Shown here one piece after another: positions 7,584 to 15,472 of a stretch of 32,000 nt of DNA (position 1 is the first letter of the stretch; the number at the start of each line of letters is the position of its first letter). Made by a program: the position numbers and the translations under genes. The notes beneath the pieces were generated by a model that worked only from the letters and a program-made list of their open reading frames with translations, was not told the DNA's origin and did no database searches. Source of the DNA: Sedimentisphaera cyanobacteriorum (GTDB taxonomy: Bacteria; Planctomycetota; Phycisphaerae; Sedimentisphaerales; Sedimentisphaeraceae); NCBI RefSeq assembly GCF_001997385.1, contig NZ_CP019633.1, positions 90,001 to 122,000 on the forward strand. Reading direction: 5' to 3'.

Positions 7584-10145
7584 TTAGTATTCGTTTTATT
7601 CGCATTATTAATCTTTACCGCCGGTACGGCAGTAGCAAGCGATTACTACTGGAGCGGCGGCGACCCGAACAACAATCTTATCAGCGATCCCGACAATTAT
7701 TGGGATGGAGACTATGCCGGCATACCTCCCGGACTGGGAGATATCCTCTACTTTGACTACGAGTGGAGTTCGCTGATGGAGATGGATGAAACTGTGGATA
7801 CTGAGGTTGCTGAGGTTTATCTCGGGAAAGCCACTGAGGACGTGGTTTTCGAGATGAACGTAACAGGCGGAAGCCTTCAAGTCAGCAATAAATTCGTAAT
7901 GTCTAAAGATAACAAGAGCGGGATGGAAGCAACGCTCAATATGAGCGGCGGAACAATTTCCACCGGCGGCTGGTTTACTATAGGCAGCAGCCAGAAAGGT
8001 ACTGTAAACATTACAGGCGGGCTGATTGATGTAGGTTCAAAGCTTGCGATGGGCATGTACGGCGACGGGTCAGGCGTTCTCAATCTCGACGGCGGGACAG
8101 TTATCGCTGGAGAGATTGATATTGTAGGCCAGAGCTCAACAGAGCCTACAGTGGTTAATATCTCCGATGGAACTCTGATTCTTGACGGCAATCAAGTTAC
8201 ACAGGTTGGCGATTACGTAACCAGCGGCAAGATTGTTTCCACCAAGCAGGATTTCGGGATTGCAGCTGAGTATGACGAAGAGAATAACGAAACAGTCGTT
8301 ACTGCCAGCTTGGAGCTAACTGTGGCGAACAATCCGATTCCCGCAGACAATTCAGCGGGAGTGGATTACGACCGCGATATGCTCGACTGGACTGCCGGGA
8401 CCGAGGCAGATAAGCACGATGTTTACTTCGGCTATAACGAGGCGGACGTAGAGGCGGCAGATACAAGCTCCGATCTCTACCTCGGCAGGATAGACCCGAA
8501 CGAAATCGCCGTTGACTACATCATGGGAATCCCGCACTACTGGCGCGTAGATGAAGTAAGCGCAGACGGCACAGAGATCTGGACTGGCGATGTATGGTCT
8601 TTCACCCCGCAGAATCAGTTTATGATTGATGATTTCGAGGATTATACAGGCGATGAAGGCAGCAGGGTATTCGAAGTATGGAACGATGGGGTTGGCTATT
8701 CAACTCCTGATATTGTCCCGGGCAACGGAACAGGCTCTCAGGTAGGATACGCTGAATCACCTTATGTGGAACAGAGCGGCTCTGGAAACGGCCAGATGAT
8801 GCCGGTGTACTACAACAACGACGAGGCCCCATACTACTCACTGATAACAAGAACGTTTGAAACAGTTCAGGATTTTACAAGAGAGGAAATCCAGGCGATT
8901 GGGTTCAATTTCAAGGGAACTGAAGATAACGACGTTGAGCCGATTTATCTTATCGTAGAAGATGATATGGGCAATCAGGCAAAGCTCAGCTATGCAGGCG
9001 ACGCTGAGGATATTGCTTTCGGGCCTATTGCGAACTGGGATTCAGGCTTCAGATTCAATGCAGACCTCGCAGATGCCTCCTCGCAGGGCGCTGACCTTAC
9101 GCAGGTGAAGAAGGTTCATATCCAGATAGGCGAAGAAACAGCCTCAGCCCCCGCAGGCAGCGGAATGGTACTGATTGATAATGTTAGTATATTTGCGCCG
9201 AGATGCATTTGGGACTCCACAGGAGACGGCACGCCAGATTCATTCCTCCAGACAGCAGACTTCAACCACGACTGCACAGTAGATGAGGCTGATATGCTCT
9301 ATATGGCAGGCCAGTGGCTGGATTCAGACCAGACGCTTACCGCTGAAGAGCCCGATCAGGCTCACAAACTCGTCCACTACGACTTCAACGGCATAACCGA
9401 TCCGAACACAATCTTCGACATCTCAGGAAACGGTTACGACGCCTACCCGACAACGGGAGATACTGCAGTAGTTCAGTCATCAGGCGGGTATAACGGAAGC
9501 GGCTATGCAGACTTCGACGGGAACTTCCACTTCCTTGCTCCGGGAGAGGCCTTCAGCAGTCTTACTGATCAGGTTACGATTTCAATGTGGCTCAAGATTC
9601 CGGATACTGGTGCGTACCAAGATGTAATGAGAATCTATAGAATCCAGTGGAGAGATGAATCTGCCAGAATTAACCTAACTCCAGAAAAATCAATCAGATT
9701 TTTCTCCGGCTCTGGAGATAAAGAGCTTGATGGTGTTAATGAGTACTATCCTTCAGATGCTGATCAGAGATGGGTTCACTACGCATTCGTTAAAGATGCT
9801 GGTGCATCCAGGGCAACAATCTATATGGATGGTCTGCCCGTTGAAACCAACTACAATGCTGATATTGAGATTATCGGCAGCGAGATTGTGAATGCCAGTC
9901 TCGGAGGCGTTAGAGAGGCCACCGGCTGGGGTCGGATGGAAGGCGATATGGACGAGGTGCAGGTTTACGACTATGCCCTTGCTCCAGCGGAAATCCTCTA
10001 TCTTGCCGACGTTCCAAGCATGACGATTCCGCTTGCGGACAACAGCGCTGATGTTGATGACAGCGGCGAGATAAACCTTTCAGATTATGCACTGATGGCA
10101 GGCGAATGGCTGAAAACTGAGCTGTGGCCTGAACCGCTTTACTAA
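7575..10145 (+). CDS. Large secreted multidomain protein: N-terminal paralog of the PEP-CTERM protein, FN3-like, CBM-like beta-sandwich, dockerin-like EF-hand, LamG, C-terminal dockerin-like motif
   Basis: 856-aa ORF. The first roughly 235 aa are collinear with the 6595..7380 product (for example LNMSGGTISTG.WF.IG...KGTVN.TGGLIDVG.KLAMGMYGDGS.VLNLDGGTV). HYWRVDEV-type FN3-like domain. IDDFEDY...LIDNVSIF CBM-like module. DFNHDCTVDEADMLYMAGQWL and DVDDSGEINLSDYALMAGEWL motifs. LamG pattern (VTISMWLK...RWVHYAFV...MDEVQVYDYALAPAEILYL). Confidence 0.8.
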   Translation: MKKLVFVLFALLIFTAGTAVASDYYWSGGDPNNNLISDPDNYWDGDYAGIPPGLGDILYFDYEWSSLMEMDETVDTEVAEVYLGKATEDVVFEMNVTGGSLQVSNKFVMSKDNKSGMEATLNMSGGTISTGGWFTIGSSQKGTVNITGGLIDVGSKLAMGMYGDGSGVLNLDGGTVIAGEIDIVGQSSTEPTVVNISDGTLILDGNQVTQVGDYVTSGKIVSTKQDFGIAAEYDEENNETVVTASLELTVANNPIPADNSAGVDYDRDMLDWTAGTEADKHDVYFGYNEADVEAADTSSDLYLGRIDPNEIAVDYIMGIPHYWRVDEVSADGTEIWTGDVWSFTPQNQFMIDDFEDYTGDEGSRVFEVWNDGVGYSTPDIVPGNGTGSQVGYAESPYVEQSGSGNGQMMPVYYNNDEAPYYSLITRTFETVQDFTREEIQAIGFNFKGTEDNDVEPIYLIVEDDMGNQAKLSYAGDAEDIAFGPIANWDSGFRFNADLADASSQGADLTQVKKVHIQIGEETASAPAGSGMVLIDNVSIFAPRCIWDSTGDGTPDSFLQTADFNHDCTVDEADMLYMAGQWLDSDQTLTAEEPDQAHKLVHYDFNGITDPNTIFDISGNGYDAYPTTGDTAVVQSSGGYNGSGYADFDGNFHFLAPGEAFSSLTDQVTISMWLKIPDTGAYQDVMRIYRIQWRDESARINLTPEKSIRFFSGSGDKELDGVNEYYPSDADQRWVHYAFVKDAGASRATIYMDGLPVETNYNADIEIIGSEIVNASLGGVREATGWGRMEGDMDEVQVYDYALAPAEILYLADVPSMTIPLADNSADVDDSGEINLSDYALMAGEWLKTELWPEPLY

Positions 10146-10170
10146 TCTGATTACACTTTACTAAACACTC

Positions 10171-10206
10171 AAGGACGCAGGGAATATTCTCTGCGTCCTT
10201 TTTTTG
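10171..10206 (+). terminator. Rho-independent terminator
   Basis: AAGGACGCAG (10171..10180), 10-nt loop, CTGCGTCCTT (10191..10200), running into a T tract. It lies 26 nt after the stop at 10145. Confidence 0.75.
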
Positions 10207-10247
10207 CAGCTAATCTCCGCAGCAGGGGAGAGAGAAAGGAAGGGAGA

Positions 10248-10510
10248 TTTTTTAGACGGGATTTTCAGCCGCTGAGCAGCGCTGAGATATTTCAGCCACT
10301 GAGCAGCGCTAAGATGCGCTAAGGAATTTGACCAACGACTAATTTTCACTAATTTCCGCTAAGATGGTTTATTCGCGGTGGATAATTCATTTTAAAACCG
10401 CGAAGGACACCAAGCCCGTGAAGGATTTTGTAAGATATTTTATAGAAACGATTTACATTCATAAAACAATCTGCGTCATCTTTGGAAAAAAACGGCTCTT
10501 CGGTAAATTG
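10248..10510 (+). repeat. Mosaic intergenic repeat (family B), full copy with internal 2x duplication of the cagcc[g/a]ctgagcagcgct module
   Basis: Collinear with 17032..17296 at roughly 80% identity. It contains GGTGGATAA (10377..10385), a DnaA box with one mismatch. Confidence 0.8.
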
Positions 10511-10616
10511 TTATTCGAATTTTTATGTACTTTCAGCCCGTAAAAAATATAATTCGGAATCTGAATGCTAAATACAGATTACCGTTTCACCCATAAATGA
10601 GCCAACAGGAGCAAAA

Positions 10617-11960
10617 ATGGCAATTACAGCTTATCAAAAATGTATAAACCCGGACTGCGGGGCAGAATTCGACCGCACCGAAGCGATATTCAAGTGTCCC
10701 AAGTGCGGCGATCTACTGGACATACAGTACGACTGGTCTAAGGCTAAGCTGCCTGAGAAGATGGAAGATTTCTCTAAGCGCTGGGCAAATCGCAATCAGC
10801 GTCTTGATTTCTCCGGCGTATGGCGTTTCCGCGAGCTCTTGAACTTCTGCGAAGACGAGCATAAAGTTACGATAGGCGAAGGCCAGACAATCCTCCAGCA
10901 GAACGATTTTATCGCAAAAGAGCTGGGGATGGACAAGGGAAACGTTCATCTTCAGTACGAGGGGCTTAACCCTTCCGGGTCTTTCAAGGATAACGGAATG
11001 ACAGCTGCCTTCAGCCATGCGAGCCTCGTTGGTGCGAAAAGCTGCGCCTGCGCATCAACGGGAAATACAAGCGCAGCGGTATCCCTGTATGCCCACAGCT
11101 GCGGGATGAAATGCACGGTTTTCATCGGTCAGGGACGAATTGCCTTCGGAAAGCTAAGCCAGGCGATGGACTACGGCGCCCAGACAATCCAGATTGCCGG
11201 CGATTTCGACGACTGCATGAAGCAGGTGCAGGATGTATGCTCGAAGCTGAACATATACCTGCTCAATTCGCTCAACCCCTTCCGCCTCGAAGGTCAGAAA
11301 ACGATTATGTACCGGATTATCGAATCGCTGAACTGGCAGGTGCCCGACTGGATCATCGTTCCGGGCGGAAACCTGGGCAACTCCAGCTCATTCGGGAAGG
11401 CATTCAAAGAGCTCAAAGACCTCGGCCTGATAGACAGGATCCCCTGCCTTGCAATCATTAATGCATGCGGGGCAGACACCCTCTCCTATCTGGTGAACCA
11501 AAGGGGGCTCAAATGGAACAGCGGATGGGTGGAAAGCAAAGAAATCAACTCGCTCTACGCTGATTTTACTGCGAAGAAATTCTCGCCGCATACTATCGCT
11601 TCAGCTATTGAAATCTCAAGGCCGGTAAATCTCAAGAAATGCCTCAGGTCAATAGAGATTTGCGACGGGCTCGTTATAGACCTGCCTGATGAGGAGATTA
11701 AAGATGCCAAGGCGATGGTGGGCAAATACGGCCTCGGCTGCGAGCCTGCATCTGCCGCGTCTGTTGCTGGGCTAAGAAGGCTCGTGCAGGACGGGACAAT
11801 CGACCCGGGCGAGAAGGTGGCCTGCGTGCTAACAGGACACGCCCTTAAAGACCCTGACCTTACCGTAAACTACCATACTAAGCGGGAGGGCGTGCTGAGC
11901 AATCCGCCGGTGGAAGTGCCGAATGATTTGGATAAGATTATCGATATAATCAAGGCCTGA
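10617..11960 (+). CDS. thrC: Threonine synthase with N-terminal zinc-ribbon
   Basis: 447-aa ORF. CINPDCG...CPKCG zinc ribbon. PLP-lysine motif NPSGSFKDNGMT. RBS caGGAGc 7-8 nt upstream of the ATG. Confidence 0.9.
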   Translation: MAITAYQKCINPDCGAEFDRTEAIFKCPKCGDLLDIQYDWSKAKLPEKMEDFSKRWANRNQRLDFSGVWRFRELLNFCEDEHKVTIGEGQTILQQNDFIAKELGMDKGNVHLQYEGLNPSGSFKDNGMTAAFSHASLVGAKSCACASTGNTSAAVSLYAHSCGMKCTVFIGQGRIAFGKLSQAMDYGAQTIQIAGDFDDCMKQVQDVCSKLNIYLLNSLNPFRLEGQKTIMYRIIESLNWQVPDWIIVPGGNLGNSSSFGKAFKELKDLGLIDRIPCLAIINACGADTLSYLVNQRGLKWNSGWVESKEINSLYADFTAKKFSPHTIASAIEISRPVNLKKCLRSIEICDGLVIDLPDEEIKDAKAMVGKYGLGCEPASAASVAGLRRLVQDGTIDPGEKVACVLTGHALKDPDLTVNYHTKREGVLSNPPVEVPNDLDKIIDIIKA

Positions 11961-12139
11961 GCAGTTTGTGAAGATTTCCATAGCTGAGATAGAGCGGTTC
12001 GGAAACCTTTTCTAATAAATCTTAGAATTTCGCAGCATCAATTTATAGTATGTGATAATAAGCCAGCGTTTTTCTCTCATAAATCCGCAAAGCTGCAAAG
12101 TGTCAAATTCAAGTGGGCAAGAGGCAGAATGGAGAAGAA

Positions 12140-12300
12140 TTAAAATCCAAGTAAAGAACCTATGAATGGTAATTTTTCATAGCCTTCATCTCTTAAGTAG
12201 CCCTTGAGCCAGTTTTGCCGCTGTTGAACTCTTTGGGTTTGTCTATTCAAATTCGCTGCAGGCGGAGAAATAGGCGGACAACCAGTATCTACTATATGCT
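12140..12300 (-). pseudogene. Relic fragment of an XRE-HTH / ImmA-IrrE family gene
   Basis: The C-terminal approx. 37-50 aa of the 12140..12418 ORF read ...SPPAANLNRQTQRVQQRQNWLKGYLRDEGYEKLPFIGSLLGF*. From memory this resembles the linker motif (..RRQ.W...YL...G.E.LPFVGS) between the HTH and peptidase domains of COG2856-type proteins. No peptidase domain follows in any frame. Confidence 0.3.
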
Positions 12301-12355
12301 GTCCGCAGCATTTACGGACAGAGCCAGCGGTTCGCTGCTTAATAATGCAGCGTCG

Positions 12356-12480
12356 TACAGCGGAGGAGCGCAATCTCCCCGCTAGGATAGCGAAACGTGA
12401 AGAGCCGGCGGTAAGCAAAAAATCTTTTCTAAAAGAATGCCTAGCGGGTCCGCCACGGCGAACACCGCTGTAGTACGGGG
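12356..12480 (-). repeat. Nested-hairpin dispersed repeat (family A), inverted copy
   Basis: The reverse complement matches 3157..3281 with about 4 differences. Confidence 0.85.
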
Positions 12481-12586
12481 GATCTTATCGCTGCGGAAAA
12501 CAGACTCTCACGGACAAACACTTGGGAAAATAGTGCGCATTTGTGGAAGTCCGTGATGGTCGGTAATGATTTCGTCACTTGCCACA

Positions 12587-12640
12587 AAAATCTGTGCAAT
12601 CAGTGGATTATATCCTCTCCGCTTCGCAGACGGGGAGAAC
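12587..12640 (+). repeat. Family B repeat, tail-module fragment
   Basis: aaaatctgtgcaatcagtggattatatcctctccgcttcg versus aaaatctgtgccatctgtggataaaa...ccccttcgtg in the 17221..17280 copy. Confidence 0.5.
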
Positions 12641-12726
12641 ACGCAGGTTTGCCTCTAATTGCCAACAAAACCCGCAGACAAAAAATACTATTAACGTCCC
12701 GGAATTTGTCGGAAATTGAAAAGGGC

Positions 12727-12754
12727 TTTTCAGCTGGGCAAGATTTTGTATAAT
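12727..12754 (+). promoter_or_regulatory. Candidate sigma70-like promoter for the phosphofructokinase gene
   Basis: TTTTCA (12727..12732), 16-nt spacer, perfect TATAAT (12749..12754) preceded by TG. Confidence 0.3.
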
Positions 12755-12834
12755 CCTTTGGTTGTCCTCTGCGGAGGTTTTCGGATTACAGTTTCTTAAA
12801 TTATTAACGACTATATTCAGGAAGGTATATACAA

Positions 12835-14046
12835 ATGTCAGAAGCTCCAAAAGGAAATGCAATAGTAAGCCAGTCCGGCGGTCCTACAGGCGTGATAAAC
12901 GCCTCTCTTGTGGGTGTTATCGAGGCAGCTCAGAAGAGCGAAAAAATCGAAAAGATCTACGGCGCAGTGCATGCGGTAGAAGGGATCGTTAAGGATGAGT
13001 TTGTTGATCTAACCGAGATAGACTACAAAACTCTGGACATCGTTGCCTCTACTCCCTCATCAGCCCTCGGTTCAAGCCGCGATAAGCCCGATGAGGCATA
13101 CTGCAGGGAAATCCTTGAGATATGCAAGAAGAGAAACGCCGCATACTTCTACTATATCGGCGGGAACGACTCTGCCAACACCTGCAAAATAATCAACGAG
13201 CAGGCAGAAGCTGCCGGCTACAATATGCGTGCCTTCCATGTGCCAAAGACGATCGACAACGACCTTAGAACCACAGACCACTGCCCGGGCTACGGAACAG
13301 CTGCGAAGTTTGTTGCCTGCGCTCTGATGGGAGACGATCTGGACAACAGAGCACTTCCCGGCGTAAAGATTGATGTGATTATGGGGCGTGATGCAGGCTG
13401 GCTCACCGCCGCTTCCACCCTCGGCCAGAGGCGTGAAGACGACGGGCCTCACCTTGTGTACGTTCCCGAGCGTCCTGTTTCAATCGAGAAGATGGTTGAG
13501 GATATCAAGGGCGTTTACAATAAGCTTGGACGCTGCGTTGTGGCTGTGAGCGAGGGCATTAAAGATACCGACGGAACTACATGGGCGAAAAAGCTCGCTG
13601 AGAATGCGGAAGTTGATTCGCACGGAAACGTTCAGCTCTCAGGTACCGGAGCCCTTGCAGACTTCCTCGCAGGCAAGATCAAAGGGGGCACAGGTATCAA
13701 GCGTGTTCGCGCTGATACATTCGGCTATCTCCAGAGGTCTTTCGCAGGGCTTCAGAGCTCCACAGACGTATCAGAGGCCCGCGAGACAGGCCGCAAGGCT
13801 GTAGAATTCAGCATGGAATACCCAAGCGGCTCTGCTATTATGAAGCGCACCGGCAGCGGCGAGAACTACGGCGTTAAGTTCGAGAGAACAGAGCTGAGCA
13901 ATGTTGCTGAGTTTACAAAAGACCTGCCGGAAGAATACATCAATGACGAAGGCAACGGCGTAACTCCTGCGTTCAAGGAATATGCCTATCCGCTCTGCGG
14001 CGAGCTTCCGGAAACAGGTTATTTGGGCAATAACCCAAAAGTTTAA
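12835..14046 (+). CDS. Phosphofructokinase, PFK-A family, predicted pyrophosphate-dependent
   Basis: 403-aa ORF. SQSGGPTGVINAS, YIGGNDSANT, PKTIDNDL, TDHCPGYGTAAK and MGRDAGWL motifs. Asp in GGxDS and Lys in PKTIDND are the classic PPi-type residues. Confidence 0.85.
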   Translation: MSEAPKGNAIVSQSGGPTGVINASLVGVIEAAQKSEKIEKIYGAVHAVEGIVKDEFVDLTEIDYKTLDIVASTPSSALGSSRDKPDEAYCREILEICKKRNAAYFYYIGGNDSANTCKIINEQAEAAGYNMRAFHVPKTIDNDLRTTDHCPGYGTAAKFVACALMGDDLDNRALPGVKIDVIMGRDAGWLTAASTLGQRREDDGPHLVYVPERPVSIEKMVEDIKGVYNKLGRCVVAVSEGIKDTDGTTWAKKLAENAEVDSHGNVQLSGTGALADFLAGKIKGGTGIKRVRADTFGYLQRSFAGLQSSTDVSEARETGRKAVEFSMEYPSGSAIMKRTGSGENYGVKFERTELSNVAEFTKDLPEEYINDEGNGVTPAFKEYAYPLCGELPETGYLGNNPKV

Positions 14047-14058
14047 AGTAAATATCGC

Positions 14059-14088
14059 AAGGCGCGGCAAAGCTGCTGCGCCTTTTTA
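14059..14088 (+). terminator. Rho-independent terminator after pfk
   Basis: AAGGCGCGGCA / TGCTGCGCCTT stem with one mismatch and a 4-nt loop, followed by TTTTT. Confidence 0.6.
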
Positions 14089-14123
14089 GTTTCAGTTTTG
14101 AAAAAGAGTTTAGAAAGTCTGTT

Positions 14124-15467
14124 GTGAAAGGGCGCAAAGTGCCTCAGAATGTGGTTGATTTCAGCAGTATTATAGATGCTGCCAGAAAAGCGGATCCGGC
14201 AAACGCTAGGGGCTGGTATGAACAGCTCGAGCTGGTGAGTTTTGAAGGCGGCACGCTGAAGGTATTGTGCCCAACGACAGCTATCGCAAATTTCCTTTCC
14301 GAGAATTGCCGCCATGCCTTTACTGCTGCCGCTCAGACTGTTACAGGCCATCTGCTGGGTGTAGAGTTTATTTGCGAAGAGATTGAAGAAAACTACCCGC
14401 AATTCCAGCCTCAGCAGAATTGTGCCAACCATGACATCCCATACACCCTCCACCCAGACCTTACGTTTGATAACTTTGTGGTTGGTCAGTCCAACAGGCT
14501 AGCTCATGCAAGCTGTGTTGCGATAAGCAATTCCCTCGGCGTTACCTACAACCCGCTTTTTATACACAGCAATGCGGGACTCGGAAAAACCCATCTGCTC
14601 CATGCGATTTGCACAAATGTGGCCTCGCATAATCAAAATCTCAAGATACGCTTTCTCACTTGCGAAGCTTTTGTGAGTAAGTTTGTGGAGGCGATCGAAA
14701 ACGGCGACCTTCTCAAATTTCAGGAAACTTTCAGAAACGTTGATATGCTGATCCTCGATGATGTGCAGTTCCTCAGCGACCGTGAGAGCAGTCAGGATGA
14801 ATTCTTCCACACCTTCAACGCCCTGCACAGCCAGCGAAAGCAGATTGTCCTAAGTGCAGACCGCGCACCGAGCGAGATACCCTCATTGGATGAGAGGCTG
14901 CTGAGCCGGTTCAAATGGGGGCTTGTAGCGAGGATTGACAAGCCCAGTTTCGAAACAAGGCTCGCTATCGTTAAGAAAAAGGCGAGGATTCGAGGGATTG
15001 ATATCCCCGAGGATGCGGCCTCTGCTATAGCCTCAAAGATTACCTCAAATATTCGAGAGATTGAAGGCGCTATTACCACTCTCGGCGCTATAGCCTATAC
15101 AGACAACGCCGAAATAGATATAAATCTGTGCAACGATATTCTCGGTTGCAAAGAGGTTGAGCCGCAGTCAGTTTTGAGCTTTTCTGATGTTATTGAAGCT
15201 GTGGTGAAGTATTTCAAGGTAAAGCAGAGCGATCTGAAGGGCAAATCAAGGCAGAAATCCATAGTCCGTCCGAGGCAGATTACGATGTATCTTGCGAGGC
15301 ATAAAACTAAGATGAGCCTCGAAGAGATTGGTTATAAAATAGGCGGACGAGACCACAGCACGGTAATGCATTCAATAGATAAGATCGCTAAGCTCAGCAG
15401 GGAAGATAAACTGCTTAAGCAGCAGATAAAAGACTTGGAGAACCTTTTGGATGTTGCTAAATATTAA
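14124..15467 (+). CDS. dnaA: Chromosomal replication initiator protein DnaA
   Basis: 447-aa ORF with GTG start. Walker A GLGKTHLLHAI, Walker B MLILDDVQFL, and the C-terminal DNA-binding helix region GGRDHSTVMHSIDKI. Confidence 0.92.
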   Translation: MKGRKVPQNVVDFSSIIDAARKADPANARGWYEQLELVSFEGGTLKVLCPTTAIANFLSENCRHAFTAAAQTVTGHLLGVEFICEEIEENYPQFQPQQNCANHDIPYTLHPDLTFDNFVVGQSNRLAHASCVAISNSLGVTYNPLFIHSNAGLGKTHLLHAICTNVASHNQNLKIRFLTCEAFVSKFVEAIENGDLLKFQETFRNVDMLILDDVQFLSDRESSQDEFFHTFNALHSQRKQIVLSADRAPSEIPSLDERLLSRFKWGLVARIDKPSFETRLAIVKKKARIRGIDIPEDAASAIASKITSNIREIEGAITTLGAIAYTDNAEIDINLCNDILGCKEVEPQSVLSFSDVIEAVVKYFKVKQSDLKGKSRQKSIVRPRQITMYLARHKTKMSLEEIGYKIGGRDHSTVMHSIDKIAKLSREDKLLKQQIKDLENLLDVAKY

Positions 15468-15472
15468 AATCT

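Noticed and set aside
10500-10616. Promoter for thrC (TATAAT at 10548..10553)
   Set aside because: The -10 hexamer is perfect, but no acceptable -35 lies at 16-18 nt, so it is not reported as a feature.
12140-12418. 92-aa ORF as an intact gene
   Set aside because: Its N-terminal two thirds read through the family A hairpin repeat and other palindromes. Only the C-terminal part looks protein-like, so it is treated as a relic fragment.
3157-12480. Inverted 125-bp repeats as ends of a composite transposon or genomic island
   Set aside because: There is no transposase or integrase between them and no recognisable target-site duplication. The interior includes housekeeping thrC. They are more likely independent copies of a dispersed MITE/REP-like element.
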